A stretch of DNA of 64,000 nt from an uncultured bacterium (GCA_903825575.1 CAIKAW010000031.1:3469-67468); one strand, 5' to 3'; positions 11,802 to 24,247 are shown, counted from the first letter of the stretch. The notes: generated by a model not told the origin, from the sequence alone. Made by a program: numbers and translations.

Positions 11802-12428
11802 ATGTCGCGCAGATGGACCACGCCCGTTGTGTGGCTGGTGTTCACGGCTCTTGCGACAACGGTGGGCCTGGCGTCGGTGTCCGTGGTTCGTAAGGCGGTT
11901 GTTTCAACGTCAATGCAAGCCACCTCCGCGGAGCAGTTGCAGCAAACCCTTGGGTCTTCATCTCAGGCACCGACAGATCTTGCGCAACCGTCGAGTTCAC
12001 CAACGCCTTCGGCAACCGAATCACTTGCGCCGACTCCTGCTTCCTCCGGCTCAACGCACGGGGCTGGAGCCACTCCGGGAATTTCGGATCCAGGGTCGCA
12101 CGGAACATCTCAGCCGGGAATTCAGCCGTCGAAACCGCCGAAGAAGCCAACCCATGTTCCAACCTTGGCGGTCTTTACTCAGCCGTTCGAATTCGGAGTT
12201 GTTTCAGTCGTGTGTTTGCCGACTGGGGTGTCGCTAGGCGGCTCGGCTTCGGTGGTGGCTAACTTGCCCTATCGAGTTGGGGCCATCAGCAAGCGCAACG
12301 GGAAGCTGAAGATCGACTTCCTGCCGATCGGCGGTTCGGCACAGCCGCCGGTTCAGCTCGAGGTTTCGTGCAACCACGACAATGAACCCGAATGGCAAGT
12401 AGCTTGGGATCAACACGGTCTTGACTAA
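11802..12428 (+). CDS. Membrane-anchored/secreted protein of unknown function with a Ser/Pro-rich linker
   Basis: N-terminal hydrophobic helix (VVWLVFTALATTVGLASVSVV), about 80 aa of low-complexity S/P/T-rich sequence, then a C-terminal domain of about 90 aa. Divergent from the two-component operon. Confidence 0.5.
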   Translation: MSRRWTTPVVWLVFTALATTVGLASVSVVRKAVVSTSMQATSAEQLQQTLGSSSQAPTDLAQPSSSPTPSATESLAPTPASSGSTHGAGATPGISDPGSHGTSQPGIQPSKPPKKPTHVPTLAVFTQPFEFGVVSVVCLPTGVSLGGSASVVANLPYRVGAISKRNGKLKIDFLPIGGSAQPPVQLEVSCNHDNEPEWQVAWDQHGLD

Positions 12429-13351
12429 CTGGTAGGAGTAAGCGCACCCCGGGTTCGCAGCGATAGCGGGATACGGATGACAGCCACCCATAGGACAGAC
12501 GCACCGAGCACGTGAATCGCGACCAACGCTTCTGGGAGTCCGGTGAAATATTGGGTGAAACCGATAACAGCCTGTAGGACGATCATGAAGATCAATTCGA
12601 GTGAGACTCTCAGACACCGTCGTGGTGCTTTGCTTAAGACCAGAAGCACAGTCAGCGCGACCGCCAGGACGCATAGGACCATGACCAGATCGGCGTGGAT
12701 CCAGCTAAGCGTGCTGGGATTCAGGCGAAATCTGGGGGCGCTGGCGTCACCCGCGTGCGGTCCGCTACCGGTGACGACAGTTCCAACGGTTATAACCGCG
12801 GCAACTACCACGACTAGGACTTGCCCGAGCCGACGGATCCCGACCCCGACCGAGTAGGTCACGGGATTGTCCCCATCCTCAGCTGCACGTGCCAACAGCA
12901 CCAAAGTCCCGCCGACGACAACAACAGATAACAACAGATGAGCAGCGACGGCCGCCGGATTCAAGTGCGTGCGAACCGTAATCCCGCCGAGGACGGCCTG
13001 CGCGACTGTCCCGATAAAAGGGACGGTGGAAAGTGCAAGCAACTGCGGGCGAGCCGGCAGATCTGCCTGGACGAGCACCTTGCGATGCTTGATTCCCGCC
13101 CAAAGCGCGGCTAAGGCCAAGGCTACGAGGACGAAAGTGAGCATGCGGTTGCTGAATTCGATGTACTTGTGCCACGCCTGGGGTTGCTCAGGCACTGGGA
13201 CGTAAGAGCCCGGAAAACATTGCGGCCAGCTAGGACAACCCAAACCCGAACCAGTAAGCCGGACCAGCGAGCCGCTCAGGAATATCGCGAGTTGGGCAAC
13301 CAGATTGGCCAAGTAGATCCGACGGACGATTCGAGGCGCGACAGCAGACAT
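12425..13351 (-). CDS. ctaA: Heme A synthase (COX15/CtaA family)
   Basis: LVRLTGSGLGCPSWPQC N-terminal motif and eight predicted TM helices with conserved His residues. Confidence 0.85.
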   Translation of the reverse strand: MSAVAPRIVRRIYLANLVAQLAIFLSGSLVRLTGSGLGCPSWPQCFPGSYVPVPEQPQAWHKYIEFSNRMLTFVLVALALAALWAGIKHRKVLVQADLPARPQLLALSTVPFIGTVAQAVLGGITVRTHLNPAAVAAHLLLSVVVVGGTLVLLARAAEDGDNPVTYSVGVGIRRLGQVLVVVVAAVITVGTVVTGSGPHAGDASAPRFRLNPSTLSWIHADLVMVLCVLAVALTVLLVLSKAPRRCLRVSLELIFMIVLQAVIGFTQYFTGLPEALVAIHVLGASVLWVAVIRIPLSLRTRGALTPTS

Positions 13352-13391
13352 GACCTGATCGTAGTTGGAGTAGCGGGTTACGCGTCAGGGA

Positions 13392-14168
13392 CTAGTCCCA
13401 CTTGAAAGTACGCGCTGCAACGCCAACTCCGAGTAGTGCCCAAATGCCGAGAATCACCGCGCAGTGGCCAACACTTGCGGTGCCTGCCGATAAGCAGGCG
13501 CGAAGTCCGTCACCAAGTGCCCCGGATGGCAAATAGCTGGTGAGAGTAGCCAACTGATGGGGCAATTTCTCGGGCGGAAGTGCGGTACCACCCCCGAGCA
13601 GCAGCAGCACGAAGAGTGCGTTTGCAACCGCCAGGGTCGCCTCTGCCCTAAGCCACCCAGCCAGAGCGACTGCGAGGGCGCTGAAAGCCAAAGTGGCCAG
13701 CAGGATCAGTGCAAAAGCAGTCGGTAGCAATTGCAAGGTGCTCTGAGTTGGTTTCCAACCAAGGATTCCTGCCATCAGGCCGAGCAGAACTACTTGCACC
13801 CCTTCTACGATCAAGATTGAAGTCGCTTTGGCGGCGATCAGGATCGATCGGCGCAGCGGTGTAGTACCTAGCAACCGCAATGATCCCGATCGTCGGTCGA
13901 ATCCAACTGCGATGGCCGGACCGGTGAAGGCGCTCGACAGCACGGCCACAGCGAGGACGCCGGCTAGTGCGGTGGCAATGCGCGATGTAGTACCCATTTG
14001 GACAATGCTGGTCGAACCCAACCCACCGAGCAGCACTAGAGGAATGATCAAGGTAAGCAGAGCTTGTTCACCATTGCGCAGAACGAGCTTGAGTTCGAGT
14101 CCAGTTTGGGCCAGAAATGCAGACCAACTAGTAGCGGCGCCCGGTGCAGGGGATAGATCAAGGACCAT
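13392..14168 (-). CDS. ABC-2 type exporter permease
   Basis: Six hydrophobic segments of the ABC-2 type. ATG 14168 gives an 11-nt overlap with the upstream ATPase; the long ORF start 14252 is less likely. Confidence 0.8.
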   Translation of the reverse strand: MVLDLSPAPGAATSWSAFLAQTGLELKLVLRNGEQALLTLIIPLVLLGGLGSTSIVQMGTTSRIATALAGVLAVAVLSSAFTGPAIAVGFDRRSGSLRLLGTTPLRRSILIAAKATSILIVEGVQVVLLGLMAGILGWKPTQSTLQLLPTAFALILLATLAFSALAVALAGWLRAEATLAVANALFVLLLLGGGTALPPEKLPHQLATLTSYLPSGALGDGLRACLSAGTASVGHCAVILGIWALLGVGVAARTFKWD

Positions 14169-15171
14169 TTTCGGCTCCCACAAGTTGGTGGTAAACCTCG
14201 GCCAGAGTACGGGGTCCACTTGCAACATCGGTGATCGATAAGTCCAATTCACTGGCCCACCCGACGATTTCGACTAAGACCTGGGGAGCCGTTGATTCGG
14301 TGATGCGCAGACGGCCGTCGGAAGTCTGGTCTAGTTGCGTGGACGGGCCCAAGCGCCTCAGTAGGCGATCAAGTTCGGTGCGTAAGTCGACAAGTGGGTG
14401 CGTCAGGTTTGGGAGGCGGAAAGTGACTTGCGGTGCGTCTGGTCGGGTTAACTCGGCTAACGTCCCAGCCCGCCGCAATCTGCCTCCGACGAGGAGGACG
14501 ACATCCTCGGCCAAGTGCTCGGCTTCATCGAGCTGATGGGTGGTTAACACCACTGTGACGCCAGACTTGTGAAGCTGCTCTAGCAGCTGCCACATGGTCA
14601 CTCGGGCCTCCGGGTCTAGCCCGGCGCTCGGTTCGTCTAGGAAGGCCAGCTGGGGCCGTCCGACCAACGCCAAAGCCAAACTTAGGCGGGCCTTTTCGCC
14701 GCCGGACATTCGACGAACCGTAGTGCGACCCAAGTGGTGCAGCGACAGGGCCGCACATAGGTCTTTGACCGGTAGCGGCGTTCGATAGAGCCGAGCAAAG
14801 TGTGCGACCAGTTCGACAGCGTGGGCACCGGAATAGGCGCCCCCGCCTTGCAGCATGACACCCACGAGCGGCCGCAGCTTCGGGTCGCGTGGATCAAGGC
14901 CAAGGACCCGGACCTGGCCTCCCTGGATCTTGCGCAGGCCTTCGCAAACTTCCAAACTTGTGGTCTTGCCGGCCCCGTTCGGGCCGAGCACCACCGTGAA
15001 CCTGCCCCGCTGGATTTCTAGATCCAATCCCGTCACGGCCGCCCGCCCGCCGTACGACATGGTCAGATTTGAGATTTCAACGGCGGGGCCGGCTACCTCG
15101 CGCGCATCGACTGTCACGAGGAACGAGTCTAGGGGAGCCCCACCGGTTGCCGATCCAGTTAAATAGGTCAT
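14158..15171 (-). CDS. ABC transporter ATP-binding protein
   Basis: Walker A GPNGAGKTT, signature MSGGEKARLSLA, Walker B LAFLDEPSAGLD. ATG at 15171; an alternative TTG lies at 15186. Confidence 0.9.
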   Translation of the reverse strand: MTYLTGSATGGAPLDSFLVTVDAREVAGPAVEISNLTMSYGGRAAVTGLDLEIQRGRFTVVLGPNGAGKTTSLEVCEGLRKIQGGQVRVLGLDPRDPKLRPLVGVMLQGGGAYSGAHAVELVAHFARLYRTPLPVKDLCAALSLHHLGRTTVRRMSGGEKARLSLALALVGRPQLAFLDEPSAGLDPEARVTMWQLLEQLHKSGVTVVLTTHQLDEAEHLAEDVVLLVGGRLRRAGTLAELTRPDAPQVTFRLPNLTHPLVDLRTELDRLLRRLGPSTQLDQTSDGRLRITESTAPQVLVEIVGWASELDLSITDVASGPRTLAEVYHQLVGAENGP

Positions 15172-15180
15172 ACTGATGTT

Positions 15181-15855
15181 GTGCAAATCGAAATCGGGAC
15201 CGCAGCGCGAGTCGTGCGCTTGCTCCTTGAGGGAGGCCCAGCCACGGCGGCGTCCGTGGCTCGCTCGTTGGAGTTAACCCCAGCGGCGGTCCGCCGGCAT
15301 TTGGACGGTCTGGTTCTGAAGGGGTTTGCAACTTCCAGCGAGCGGGCCCCTTTTGGCCCCACTTTCCGCTCCGGACGTGGCCGACCAGCGCGGTTCTACG
15401 CCTTAACCGCGTCCGGTCGCGATGCTTTCGCGCAGTCCTACGATGACCTGGCGGTTGGGGCCTTACGCTATTTGGCCGAGGTTCAAGGCGAAGGTGCCGT
15501 ACTGGAATTCGCGAGGCGGCGAATTCACGGCAATGAAGCCCGCTACGACAGCATCATGACGCAGGATGGCCCGGCAGCTCGCGCCTTGCAACTGGTAGGC
15601 GCTCTCTCCGACGACGGCTTTGCGGCATCCATGCTCCCTGGTGGGCCGTCGGGTGCCGTTCAAGTTTGTCAGCACCACTGTCCAGTTGCACACGTTGCCG
15701 AGGAGTTCCCGCAGTTCTGTGAGGCCGAGCGTGAGTCATTTGAACGCTTGCTCGGAAGCCACGTGACAAGACTGGCAACAATCGCTAATGGGGACGGCGT
15801 TTGTACAACGCTTGTCACAGTCCCGCAACCCGCAACTAATTGGAGTTCGTCATGA
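15181..15855 (+). CDS. sufR: SUF-system transcriptional regulator SufR (winged HTH, Fe-S sensing)
   Basis: N-terminal wHTH ([22 protein letters not shown]). C-terminal Cys cluster [25 protein letters not shown] overlap into sufB. Start uncertain (GTG 15181, or GTG 15214). Confidence 0.8.
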   Translation: MQIEIGTAARVVRLLLEGGPATAASVARSLELTPAAVRRHLDGLVLKGFATSSERAPFGPTFRSGRGRPARFYALTASGRDAFAQSYDDLAVGALRYLAEVQGEGAVLEFARRRIHGNEARYDSIMTQDGPAARALQLVGALSDDGFAASMLPGGPSGAVQVCQHHCPVAHVAEEFPQFCEAERESFERLLGSHVTRLATIANGDGVCTTLVTVPQPATNWSSS

Positions 15856-17261
15856 CCACTGTCCAATCTGACGTTGACGCGCTGGCAAACTATGCGTTCG
15901 GCTGGCACGATTCGGATGCCGCCGGACAGTCTGCTCGACGCGGACTCAACGAGGATGTAGTTCGTGACATCTCGAGTCGTAAGAATGAGCCGGCCTGGAT
16001 GCTGGAGATGCGCCTAAAGGCGTTGCGGATGTTTGAACGTAAGCCCATGCCTTCGTGGGGCTCGGACCTGTCCGGAATCAACTTCGATTCCATCAAATAC
16101 TTCGTGAAATCGACTGAGGCGATGGCAGCCTCTTGGGAAGACCTTCCAGAGGACATTCGGATCACCTACGACCGGCTCGGAATCCCTGAAGCGGAGAAGC
16201 AGCGGCTCGTTTCCGGAGTGGCTGCCCAATACGAATCTGAAGTGGTGTACCACAAGATTCGCGAAGACCTTGCCGAACAGGGCGTGGTATTTCTTGACAC
16301 GGATAGTGGCCTGCGCGAGCACGAAGATACGTTCAAACAGTTCTTTGGTTCGGTGATTCCTTCCGGCGACAACAAGTTCTCGGCGCTCAATACCGCCGTG
16401 TGGTCGGGCGGCTCCTTCATCTATGTGCCCAAGGGCGTCCACGTTGAGATTCCGTTGCAGGCCTACTTCCGCATTAACACTGAGAACATGGGCCAGTTCG
16501 AGCGCACTTTGATCATCGTGGATGAAGGTGCCTACGTGCACTACGTCGAAGGTTGTACGGCCCCCATCTATTCGTCCGATTCGCTGCACAGTGCTGTGGT
16601 TGAAATCATCGTGCGAAAGGGTGCTCGGTGTCGTTACACGACCATTCAAAACTGGTCGACGAATGTCTATAACCTCGTCACAAAGCGAGCGGTTGCGCAT
16701 GAAGGCGCAACGATGGAGTGGGTCGACGGAAACCTTGGCTCCAAGGTGACTATGAAATACCCGGCCGTCTGGCTCATGGGCGAACACGCCAAGGGCGAGA
16801 CCCTGTCCATTGCCTTTGCAGGTCCCGGGCAGCACCAGGATGCCGGAGCCAAGATGGTGCACGCGGCCCCTAACACTTCTTCGTCGATCGTTTCGAAATC
16901 TGTGGCGCGCGGCGGGGGACGGTCCTCCTACCGGGGCTTGGTCCAAGTTCTTGAAGGGGCCGTTGGTGCTCGTTCAACTGTGCGTTGTGATGCCCTTCTA
17001 ATTGATGACATCAGCCGCAGCGACACTTACCCATACGTGGACGCCCGTGAGGATGATGTCTCACTCGGCCATGAGGCAACAGTTTCGCGAGTGAGTGAAG
17101 ATCAGCTCTTCTACTTGATGTCCCGAGGCCTGAGCGAAGATGAAGCCATGGCCATGATCGTTCGTGGCTTCGTCGAGCCAATCGCTCGAGAATTGCCGAT
17201 GGAGTACGCGCTGGAACTCAACCGGTTGATCGAGTTGCAGATGGAAGGTTCAGTCGGGTGA
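15852..17261 (+). CDS. sufB: Fe-S cluster assembly protein SufB
   Basis: 469-aa SufB family protein ([44 protein letters not shown]). No intein insertion. Confidence 0.95.
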   Translation: MTTVQSDVDALANYAFGWHDSDAAGQSARRGLNEDVVRDISSRKNEPAWMLEMRLKALRMFERKPMPSWGSDLSGINFDSIKYFVKSTEAMAASWEDLPEDIRITYDRLGIPEAEKQRLVSGVAAQYESEVVYHKIREDLAEQGVVFLDTDSGLREHEDTFKQFFGSVIPSGDNKFSALNTAVWSGGSFIYVPKGVHVEIPLQAYFRINTENMGQFERTLIIVDEGAYVHYVEGCTAPIYSSDSLHSAVVEIIVRKGARCRYTTIQNWSTNVYNLVTKRAVAHEGATMEWVDGNLGSKVTMKYPAVWLMGEHAKGETLSIAFAGPGQHQDAGAKMVHAAPNTSSSIVSKSVARGGGRSSYRGLVQVLEGAVGARSTVRCDALLIDDISRSDTYPYVDAREDDVSLGHEATVSRVSEDQLFYLMSRGLSEDEAMAMIVRGFVEPIARELPMEYALELNRLIELQMEGSVG

Positions 17262-18352
17262 CCCCAGTTGATACAACAGAATTGATTGCCCCTGAAGTTC
17301 TCCCCACCGGCCGCGAAGAAGCATGGCGTTTCACTCCGTTCGATCGACTGAACGGTTTGGTGAGTGCTGACACCAGCATTGCGGCCGCCCCGCCTTGGCA
17401 GGTTTCTGCGTCGGACGATGTCGAACTTGAATGGATCACGGGCCTAGGCGGCGCTCGTCCGTTGCCGGAAGGGGTCGATCTGGCCGCCCGCCGAGCCTGG
17501 GAGTTCGCGGGCGGTGCGCAGATCATTCGAATTCGGCAAAGTTTGCATGTTCCTGAGACCATCCAAGTAGTTTCGAACGGCGTCGGTGGTGTGGTGGCCA
17601 GCGAATTGCGCGTGATCGCCGAGCCCAACTCCAAAGCAGTGGTAGTCATTGAACACTTTGGCTTCGGTACTCACACAGACAATGTTGTCGTCGAAGTCGG
17701 AGCTGGTGCCGATTTGACCGTCGTATCCGTTCAGTCTTGGGATTCAACAGCTGTGCATTTGGCGACGCATTCGCTAACGCTCGCCCAAGGGTCGCATCTA
17801 AGGCATTGCGTAGTCACGCTTGGGGGCGATCTTGTCCGGATTGCACCTCACGTTCGTTTCACCGGACCGGGTGCCGAAGTTGAGCTCCTTGGGTTGTTCT
17901 TCGCGACCAATGGCCAACATCAGGAGCATCGCCTGCGCATTGAACACAGTGCACCACATTGCACCAGTGAAGTGGTGTACAAGGGGGCACTGCGCGGCAG
18001 CAAGACGCACACGGTTTGGATTGGTGATGTATTAATCCAACCTCAAGCTGTCGGTACGAAAACGTACGAATTGAATCGCAACTTGGTGCTCGGGGGAGGC
18101 GCCCGAGCCGATTCGGTGCCGAACTTGGAGATCCTCACAGGCGAAGTCGTTGGTGCTGGGCACGCCAGTGCCACTGGGCGGTTCGACGATGAACAGTTGT
18201 TCTATTTGCAATCGCGAGGGATCCCTTCTGCCGAAGCACGTCGATTGGTGGTTCGCGGGTTCTTCGCAGACTTGCTCGGTCGCCTCAACCTCCCTGACCT
18301 TGAGGATCGACTTCTTGCAACGCTTGATGCCGAACTCGAGACCGATTCATGA
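17258..18352 (+). CDS. sufD: Fe-S cluster assembly protein SufD
   Basis: SufB/D-fold paralog directly after sufB (4-nt overlap); C-terminal [12 protein letters not shown] motif. Confidence 0.9.
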   Translation: MTPVDTTELIAPEVLPTGREEAWRFTPFDRLNGLVSADTSIAAAPPWQVSASDDVELEWITGLGGARPLPEGVDLAARRAWEFAGGAQIIRIRQSLHVPETIQVVSNGVGGVVASELRVIAEPNSKAVVVIEHFGFGTHTDNVVVEVGAGADLTVVSVQSWDSTAVHLATHSLTLAQGSHLRHCVVTLGGDLVRIAPHVRFTGPGAEVELLGLFFATNGQHQEHRLRIEHSAPHCTSEVVYKGALRGSKTHTVWIGDVLIQPQAVGTKTYELNRNLVLGGGARADSVPNLEILTGEVVGAGHASATGRFDDEQLFYLQSRGIPSAEARRLVVRGFFADLLGRLNLPDLEDRLLATLDAELETDS

Positions 18353-18666
18353 CGTTCGTTGACGCCTGCAGATTTGGTGATCTCGAGGAACAGTTGCCGC
18401 TGAGGCTTGTCCTCGCGGACCTACCAATTGCCTTAGTTTTGACCGGCGGGCAACTTTTCGCGGTTGGCGATAAGTGTTCGCATGCCGATGTTTCACTCTC
18501 TGAGGGTGAAGTGTCCGGCTGCTTGATCGAATGCTGGTTGCATGGTTCGAGTTTTGATTTGCGTAGTGGCGAGCCGACCAGCCTGCCCGCTACGCAGCCC
18601 ATTCCTACTTACCAGGTACGTGTTGAGGGCATCGGGCCCGATGCTGTCGTCCAGATTGAAGTTTGA
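18349..18666 (+). CDS. Rieske-type [2Fe-2S] ferredoxin of the suf operon
   Basis: 105 aa with CSHADVSL...CLIECWLHGSSF (CxH...CxxH). Overlaps the sufD stop. Confidence 0.85.
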   Translation: MTFVDACRFGDLEEQLPLRLVLADLPIALVLTGGQLFAVGDKCSHADVSLSEGEVSGCLIECWLHGSSFDLRSGEPTSLPATQPIPTYQVRVEGIGPDAVVQIEV

Positions 18667-18675
18667 GGAGAGATT

Positions 18676-20746
<2,071 letters not shown>

Positions 20747-20747
<1 letters not shown>

Positions 20748-21205
20748 TGGAAGTTGATTCGCTGTATCAAGAGCTGATTCTTGATCACTACAAGCGGCCT
20801 CACGGCCGTGGCTTGCGGGAGCCCTTTGGCGCCGAAGTTCATCACGTCAACCCAACTTGCGGCGACGAGATCACACTGCGAGTTGACCTCTCGGATGACG
20901 ATGTAGTTCGAGATGTGTCCTACGACGGCCAAGGTTGCTCGATTTCGCAAGCGAGCGCCAGCATCTTGTACGAGCAAGTGGTTGGGCAATCGCGTAAGGA
21001 TGCCGAGGGCATCTTGGCCGCCTTCCTTGAATTGATGCACGGTCGAGGACAAGTTGAGCCCAACGAAGAGATCCTTGGCGATGCAATCGCGTTCGCTGGC
21101 GTCGCTAAATACCCGGCGCGAGTCAAATGCGCGCTGTTGTCCTGGTTGGCATGGGAGGATGCGGTGTTGCGCATCCGGGCAGAAAGGAATGGCTCCAATG
21201 GCTGA
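20747..21205 (+). CDS. sufU: Fe-S scaffold / sulfur acceptor SufU (IscU/NifU-like)
   Basis: LYQELILDHYKRPHG N-terminus. Conserved Cys contexts NPTCGD, GQGCSIS and VKCALL. 1-nt TGATG-type (TGA/ATG) junction with the sufS stop. Confidence 0.9.
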
Positions 21206-21524
21206 GGCCACTGCGGTAACGTCGGCGGCCGACGTAGAGGAAGCCATGCGTGACGTGGTGGATCCCGAACTCGGCATAAACGTAGTCGATCTTGGCTTGG
21301 TCTATGGGGTGCACGTCGACGACGCTAATGTCGCGACAGTCGACATGACTCTGACCTCGGCAGCATGCCCGCTGACAGATGTGATCGAAGACCAAACTCG
21401 AGCAGCGCTCGATGGGTTGGTAACAGACTTTCGAATCAACTGGGTGTGGATGCCGCCTTGGGGTCCGGACAAGATCACCGATGATGGTCGCGAGATGTTA
21501 CGTGCCCTTGGCTTCAACATCTAG
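21189..21524 (+). CDS. sufT: DUF59/SufT-like Fe-S assembly protein
   Basis: VVDPELGINVVDLGLVY and LTSAACPL motifs. ATG 21189 is preceded by GAAAGGA; it overlaps the sufU 3' end. Confidence 0.8.
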   Translation: MAPMAEATAVTSAADVEEAMRDVVDPELGINVVDLGLVYGVHVDDANVATVDMTLTSAACPLTDVIEDQTRAALDGLVTDFRINWVWMPPWGPDKITDDGREMLRALGFNI

Positions 21525-21526
21525 CG

Positions 21527-23125
21527 ATGATCTCTGCCTCGAATTTGGAACTTCGTGCCGGCGCTCGGCTGTTGCTTAGCGGGGCAACGTTTCGGGTTGG
21601 TCCCGGCGATCGGGTTGGTCTCGTTGGTCGGAACGGAGCCGGAAAGACAACGTTGACCCGCGTGCTGGCGGGCGAGACGCTGCCGGCCGCTGGCTCGGTC
21701 GCACGTTCTGGTGCGGTCGGATACCTTCCACAAGATCCGCGCACGGGTGACTTGAGCGAGCTCGCTCGTGATCGGATTCTTGATGCTCGCGGCTTGACTG
21801 ATGTCGTTCGCCGACTGCGCGATGCCGAGGTCCGCATGGGCTCAAGTGATGACGTGGCCCGCGAGCGGGCGATGCGCCGGTACAGCACGGCTCAAGCCGA
21901 ATTCGATGCCCAAGGCGGGTATGCGGCCGAGGCCGAGGCTGGGGCCATCGCATCCAGCCTTGGATTGCCAGATCGTGTTCTCGGACAACCAATTGGGACT
22001 CTTTCAGGTGGACAGCGCCGACGCGTGGAATTGGCCCGGATCTTGTTCTCTGGCGCCGAAACCTTGCTCCTCGATGAGCCGACGAACCACCTTGATGCCG
22101 ACTCAATCGTTTGGCTGCGCGAGTTCCTGCGTAACCATCGCGGTGGCTTGGTGATTATTTCCCACGATGTTGGCTTGCTTTCTGTGACCGTCAATCGCGT
22201 GCTGCACCTGGACGCCAACCGTGAAGTTATTGATATCTACAACATGACGTGGGCCAACTACCTTCAGCAAAGAGAGAACGACGAGCGCCGCCGGCGCCGG
22301 GAGCGCCTGAGTGCTGAAAAGCAGGCTTCGGCGCTGCAGGCCCAGGCGAATAAGATGCGCGCCAAGGCGACCAAGGCCAAGGCAGCCCAGAACATGGCGC
22401 GGCGGGCGGATCGCTTGCTCGCAGGCGTTGAGGGGGAGCGGCGGGCTGATCGAGTGGCGAAACTGCGCTTTCCTTCGCCAGCGCCTTGTGGCAAGACACC
22501 GCTCATGGCTACCGCGCTGTCGAAGTCATATGGGTCGCTAGAGATCTTCACGGATGTCGACCTAGCGATTGACCGCGGCTCTCGGGTCGTGATTTTGGGC
22601 CTGAACGGAGCAGGGAAGACGACTCTGCTTCGTGTCCTTGCTGGAGTGGACGAAGCAGACACTGGAGAAGTGCTGGCCGGCCACGGGTTACGGGTGGGGT
22701 ATTACGCGCAGGAGCATGAAACGTTGGACGCGAATGACAGCGTGCTTGCGGCGATGCAGGCCGCGGCGCCTGATATGCCAGAGATCGAACAGCGTCGAAT
22801 TCTGGGTTCGTTTCTATTCTCTGGGGATGTAGTCCTACAACAGGTGGCGACGCTATCCGGTGGTGAGAAGACTCGACTCGCCTTGGCGACTCTGGTTGTG
22901 TCAAGCGCGAATGTGCTGCTACTTGATGAGCCGACGAACAACCTCGATCCAGCCTCGCGCCAAGAAGTCCTCGGAGCCCTTAGGGGTTTCGAGGGGGCCG
23001 TAGTTCTCGTTACCCATGATGAAGGCGCAGTTACCGCCTTAGAGCCCGAACGCGTCCTGCTCCTGCCGGATGGGGTCGAGGACCTGTGGAATGAGTCGTA
23101 TTTGGATCTCGTGTCGCTTGCTTGA
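21527..23125 (+). CDS. ABC-F family ATPase (translation factor / EttA-like)
   Basis: Two ABC cassettes and no TM domain: GRNGAGKTT/LSGGQRRRVELA and GLNGAGKTT/LSGGEKTRLALA. They are joined by a charged linker (QQRENDERRRRRERLSAEKQ...). Confidence 0.9.
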   Translation: MISASNLELRAGARLLLSGATFRVGPGDRVGLVGRNGAGKTTLTRVLAGETLPAAGSVARSGAVGYLPQDPRTGDLSELARDRILDARGLTDVVRRLRDAEVRMGSSDDVARERAMRRYSTAQAEFDAQGGYAAEAEAGAIASSLGLPDRVLGQPIGTLSGGQRRRVELARILFSGAETLLLDEPTNHLDADSIVWLREFLRNHRGGLVIISHDVGLLSVTVNRVLHLDANREVIDIYNMTWANYLQQRENDERRRRRERLSAEKQASALQAQANKMRAKATKAKAAQNMARRADRLLAGVEGERRADRVAKLRFPSPAPCGKTPLMATALSKSYGSLEIFTDVDLAIDRGSRVVILGLNGAGKTTLLRVLAGVDEADTGEVLAGHGLRVGYYAQEHETLDANDSVLAAMQAAAPDMPEIEQRRILGSFLFSGDVVLQQVATLSGGEKTRLALATLVVSSANVLLLDEPTNNLDPASRQEVLGALRGFEGAVVLVTHDEGAVTALEPERVLLLPDGVEDLWNESYLDLVSLA

Positions 23126-23189
23126 TTATTCAAATAAATGAATCTGCCAGATTTGCATTTTTGATCAAGAATCACGTTGCATCATTGTT
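23126..23189. promoter_or_regulatory. AT-rich intergenic island (weak ABC-F terminator hairpin plus promoter for the small HTH gene)
   Basis: The sequence ttattcaaataaatgaatctgccagatttgcatttttgatcaagaatcacgttgcatcattg is markedly AT-rich for this genome. It holds an imperfect hairpin aaatgaatc..gatt(tg)cattt followed by a T-run, and TTGATC-like hexamers. Confidence 0.3.
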
Positions 23190-23228
23190 TTGCCGGTTGA
23201 TTTGACCGGGGAATCAGGTGGAGGCCAA

Positions 23229-23441
23229 GTGGAGAATCTCGGGAAGGGCCGCCGAGTTATCGGCGGCGAGCGCAAGAAGTTGCGGACTGAGCTGAAGAGA
23301 GAATACGCGGCTGGTCGCAGCATTCGTGATCTCGCTGCAGAAACCGGCCGCTCTTACGGCTTCGTCCACGGCGTCCTCTCGGAGTCGGGGGTCAAACTTC
23401 GTGGCCGGGGGGGTCCGACGCGGGGGAAGAAGAAGCGCTGA
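23229..23441 (+). CDS. Small helix-turn-helix protein, conserved actinobacterial type
   Basis: LKREYAAGRSIRDLAAETGRSYGFVHGVLSESGVKLRGRGG plus a basic tail. GTG 23229 lies behind GGTGGAGG; the alternative TTG at 23190 gives 83 aa. Confidence 0.7.
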   Translation: MENLGKGRRVIGGERKKLRTELKREYAAGRSIRDLAAETGRSYGFVHGVLSESGVKLRGRGGPTRGKKKR

Positions 23442-23453
23442 GCACGAGTTCAC

Positions 23454-23499
23454 CGATCGTCAGGACGTCGAGGGATCGTGACGTCCTGACGATCGTTTT
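23454..23499 (+). terminator. Perfect 16-bp stem / 10-nt loop hairpin followed by TTTT
   Basis: cgatcgtcaggacgtc (23454-23469) is the exact reverse complement of gacgtcctgacgatcg (23480-23495). A tttt run follows at 23496-23499. The stem starts 13 nt after the HTH gene stop. Confidence 0.6.
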
Positions 23500-23548
23500 A
23501 GCGGACGCCGGGACCCGAAACGCCCAGACACCAGAAGTCTGGGCCAGT

Positions 23549-24199
23549 TTGACCCGAATTGGCGACGAACTTGACCCGGACGTACGGGTGATCATCCTTC
23601 GGGCCGAAGGGCCGGTTTTCAGTTCCGGCCTGAACCTAGATTTTCTGGACGTCAATCAACCCGGCGGCCTGCATTCTCTTCTGGCGCAGGATGATGAACG
23701 CCTCGACGCCAGCATCGAAGTTTTTCAGAGAGCTTTCCGGTGGTGGCGTGAAGTGCCCGCCATCACAATCTGCGTCGTTGCCGGGCCGGCCGTAGGAGCC
23801 GGGTTCCAACTGGCATTGGCCACGGACCTTCGGGTCATAACCAGAGAGGCGCGTTTCGCCATGCGCGAAATTGCCCTTGGGCTGGTGCCAGACCTGGGCG
23901 GTACTGGTCGCCTGTTGGATTTGGTGGGGTACCCACGAGCTCTTGAGATTTGCGCCACCGGCCGCTGGGTCGATGCCGCTGAAGCTACCGCCCTGGGTAT
24001 CGCAGATCGCCACTGCGAGAGCAGGGACCTAGAGGAAACGCTTGAGAAGTTGGTGGCCTCCCTCCTAGAGCATGATCCCTTGGCCGTATCGGCGGTCAAA
24101 AAGCTCCTCAATTCGGTCGTCGCATCAGGTTCTGGTGGTTCATTCGCGGCTGAAAGACAGGCACAATTGTCTCGGCTCCGCAGCTTTGGGAAGGCTTGA
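23549..24199 (+). CDS. Enoyl-CoA hydratase/isomerase (crotonase) family protein; the annotated start is the first canonical codon and the N-terminus is probably longer
   Basis: Crotonase motifs GPVFSSGLNLDF and VAGPAVGAGFQLALATDLRV. The frame stays open upstream to about 23438 and there reads ..PIVRTSRDRDVLTIVLADAGTRNAQTPEVWASL, a typical crotonase N-terminus. That stretch contains no ATG, GTG or TTG. Confidence 0.75.
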   Translation: MTRIGDELDPDVRVIILRAEGPVFSSGLNLDFLDVNQPGGLHSLLAQDDERLDASIEVFQRAFRWWREVPAITICVVAGPAVGAGFQLALATDLRVITREARFAMREIALGLVPDLGGTGRLLDLVGYPRALEICATGRWVDAAEATALGIADRHCESRDLEETLEKLVASLLEHDPLAVSAVKKLLNSVVASGSGGSFAAERQAQLSRLRSFGKA

Positions 24200-24247
24200 G
24201 CCCGCCCGATTGTTTATGCGTGGTAGCCCTAGTCAGTTGGAGAATTA

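Noticed and set aside
12425-12428. Convergent 4-nt overlap of the stop codons of the secreted protein gene and ctaA (CTAA)
   Set aside because: A trivial consequence of compact gene packing, with no hairpin or regulatory structure around it.
15171-15220. ABC ATPase and sufR start codons lie only about 9 nt apart on opposite strands
   Set aside because: Probably explained by leaderless transcription or by a downstream sufR start (GTG 15214), both common in Actinobacteria. There is not enough sequence evidence for anything more unusual.
16014-16946. 310-aa ORF antisense to sufB
   Set aside because: A shadow ORF inside a highly conserved gene. Its Arg/Gly/Pro-rich composition is typical of GC-driven frames.
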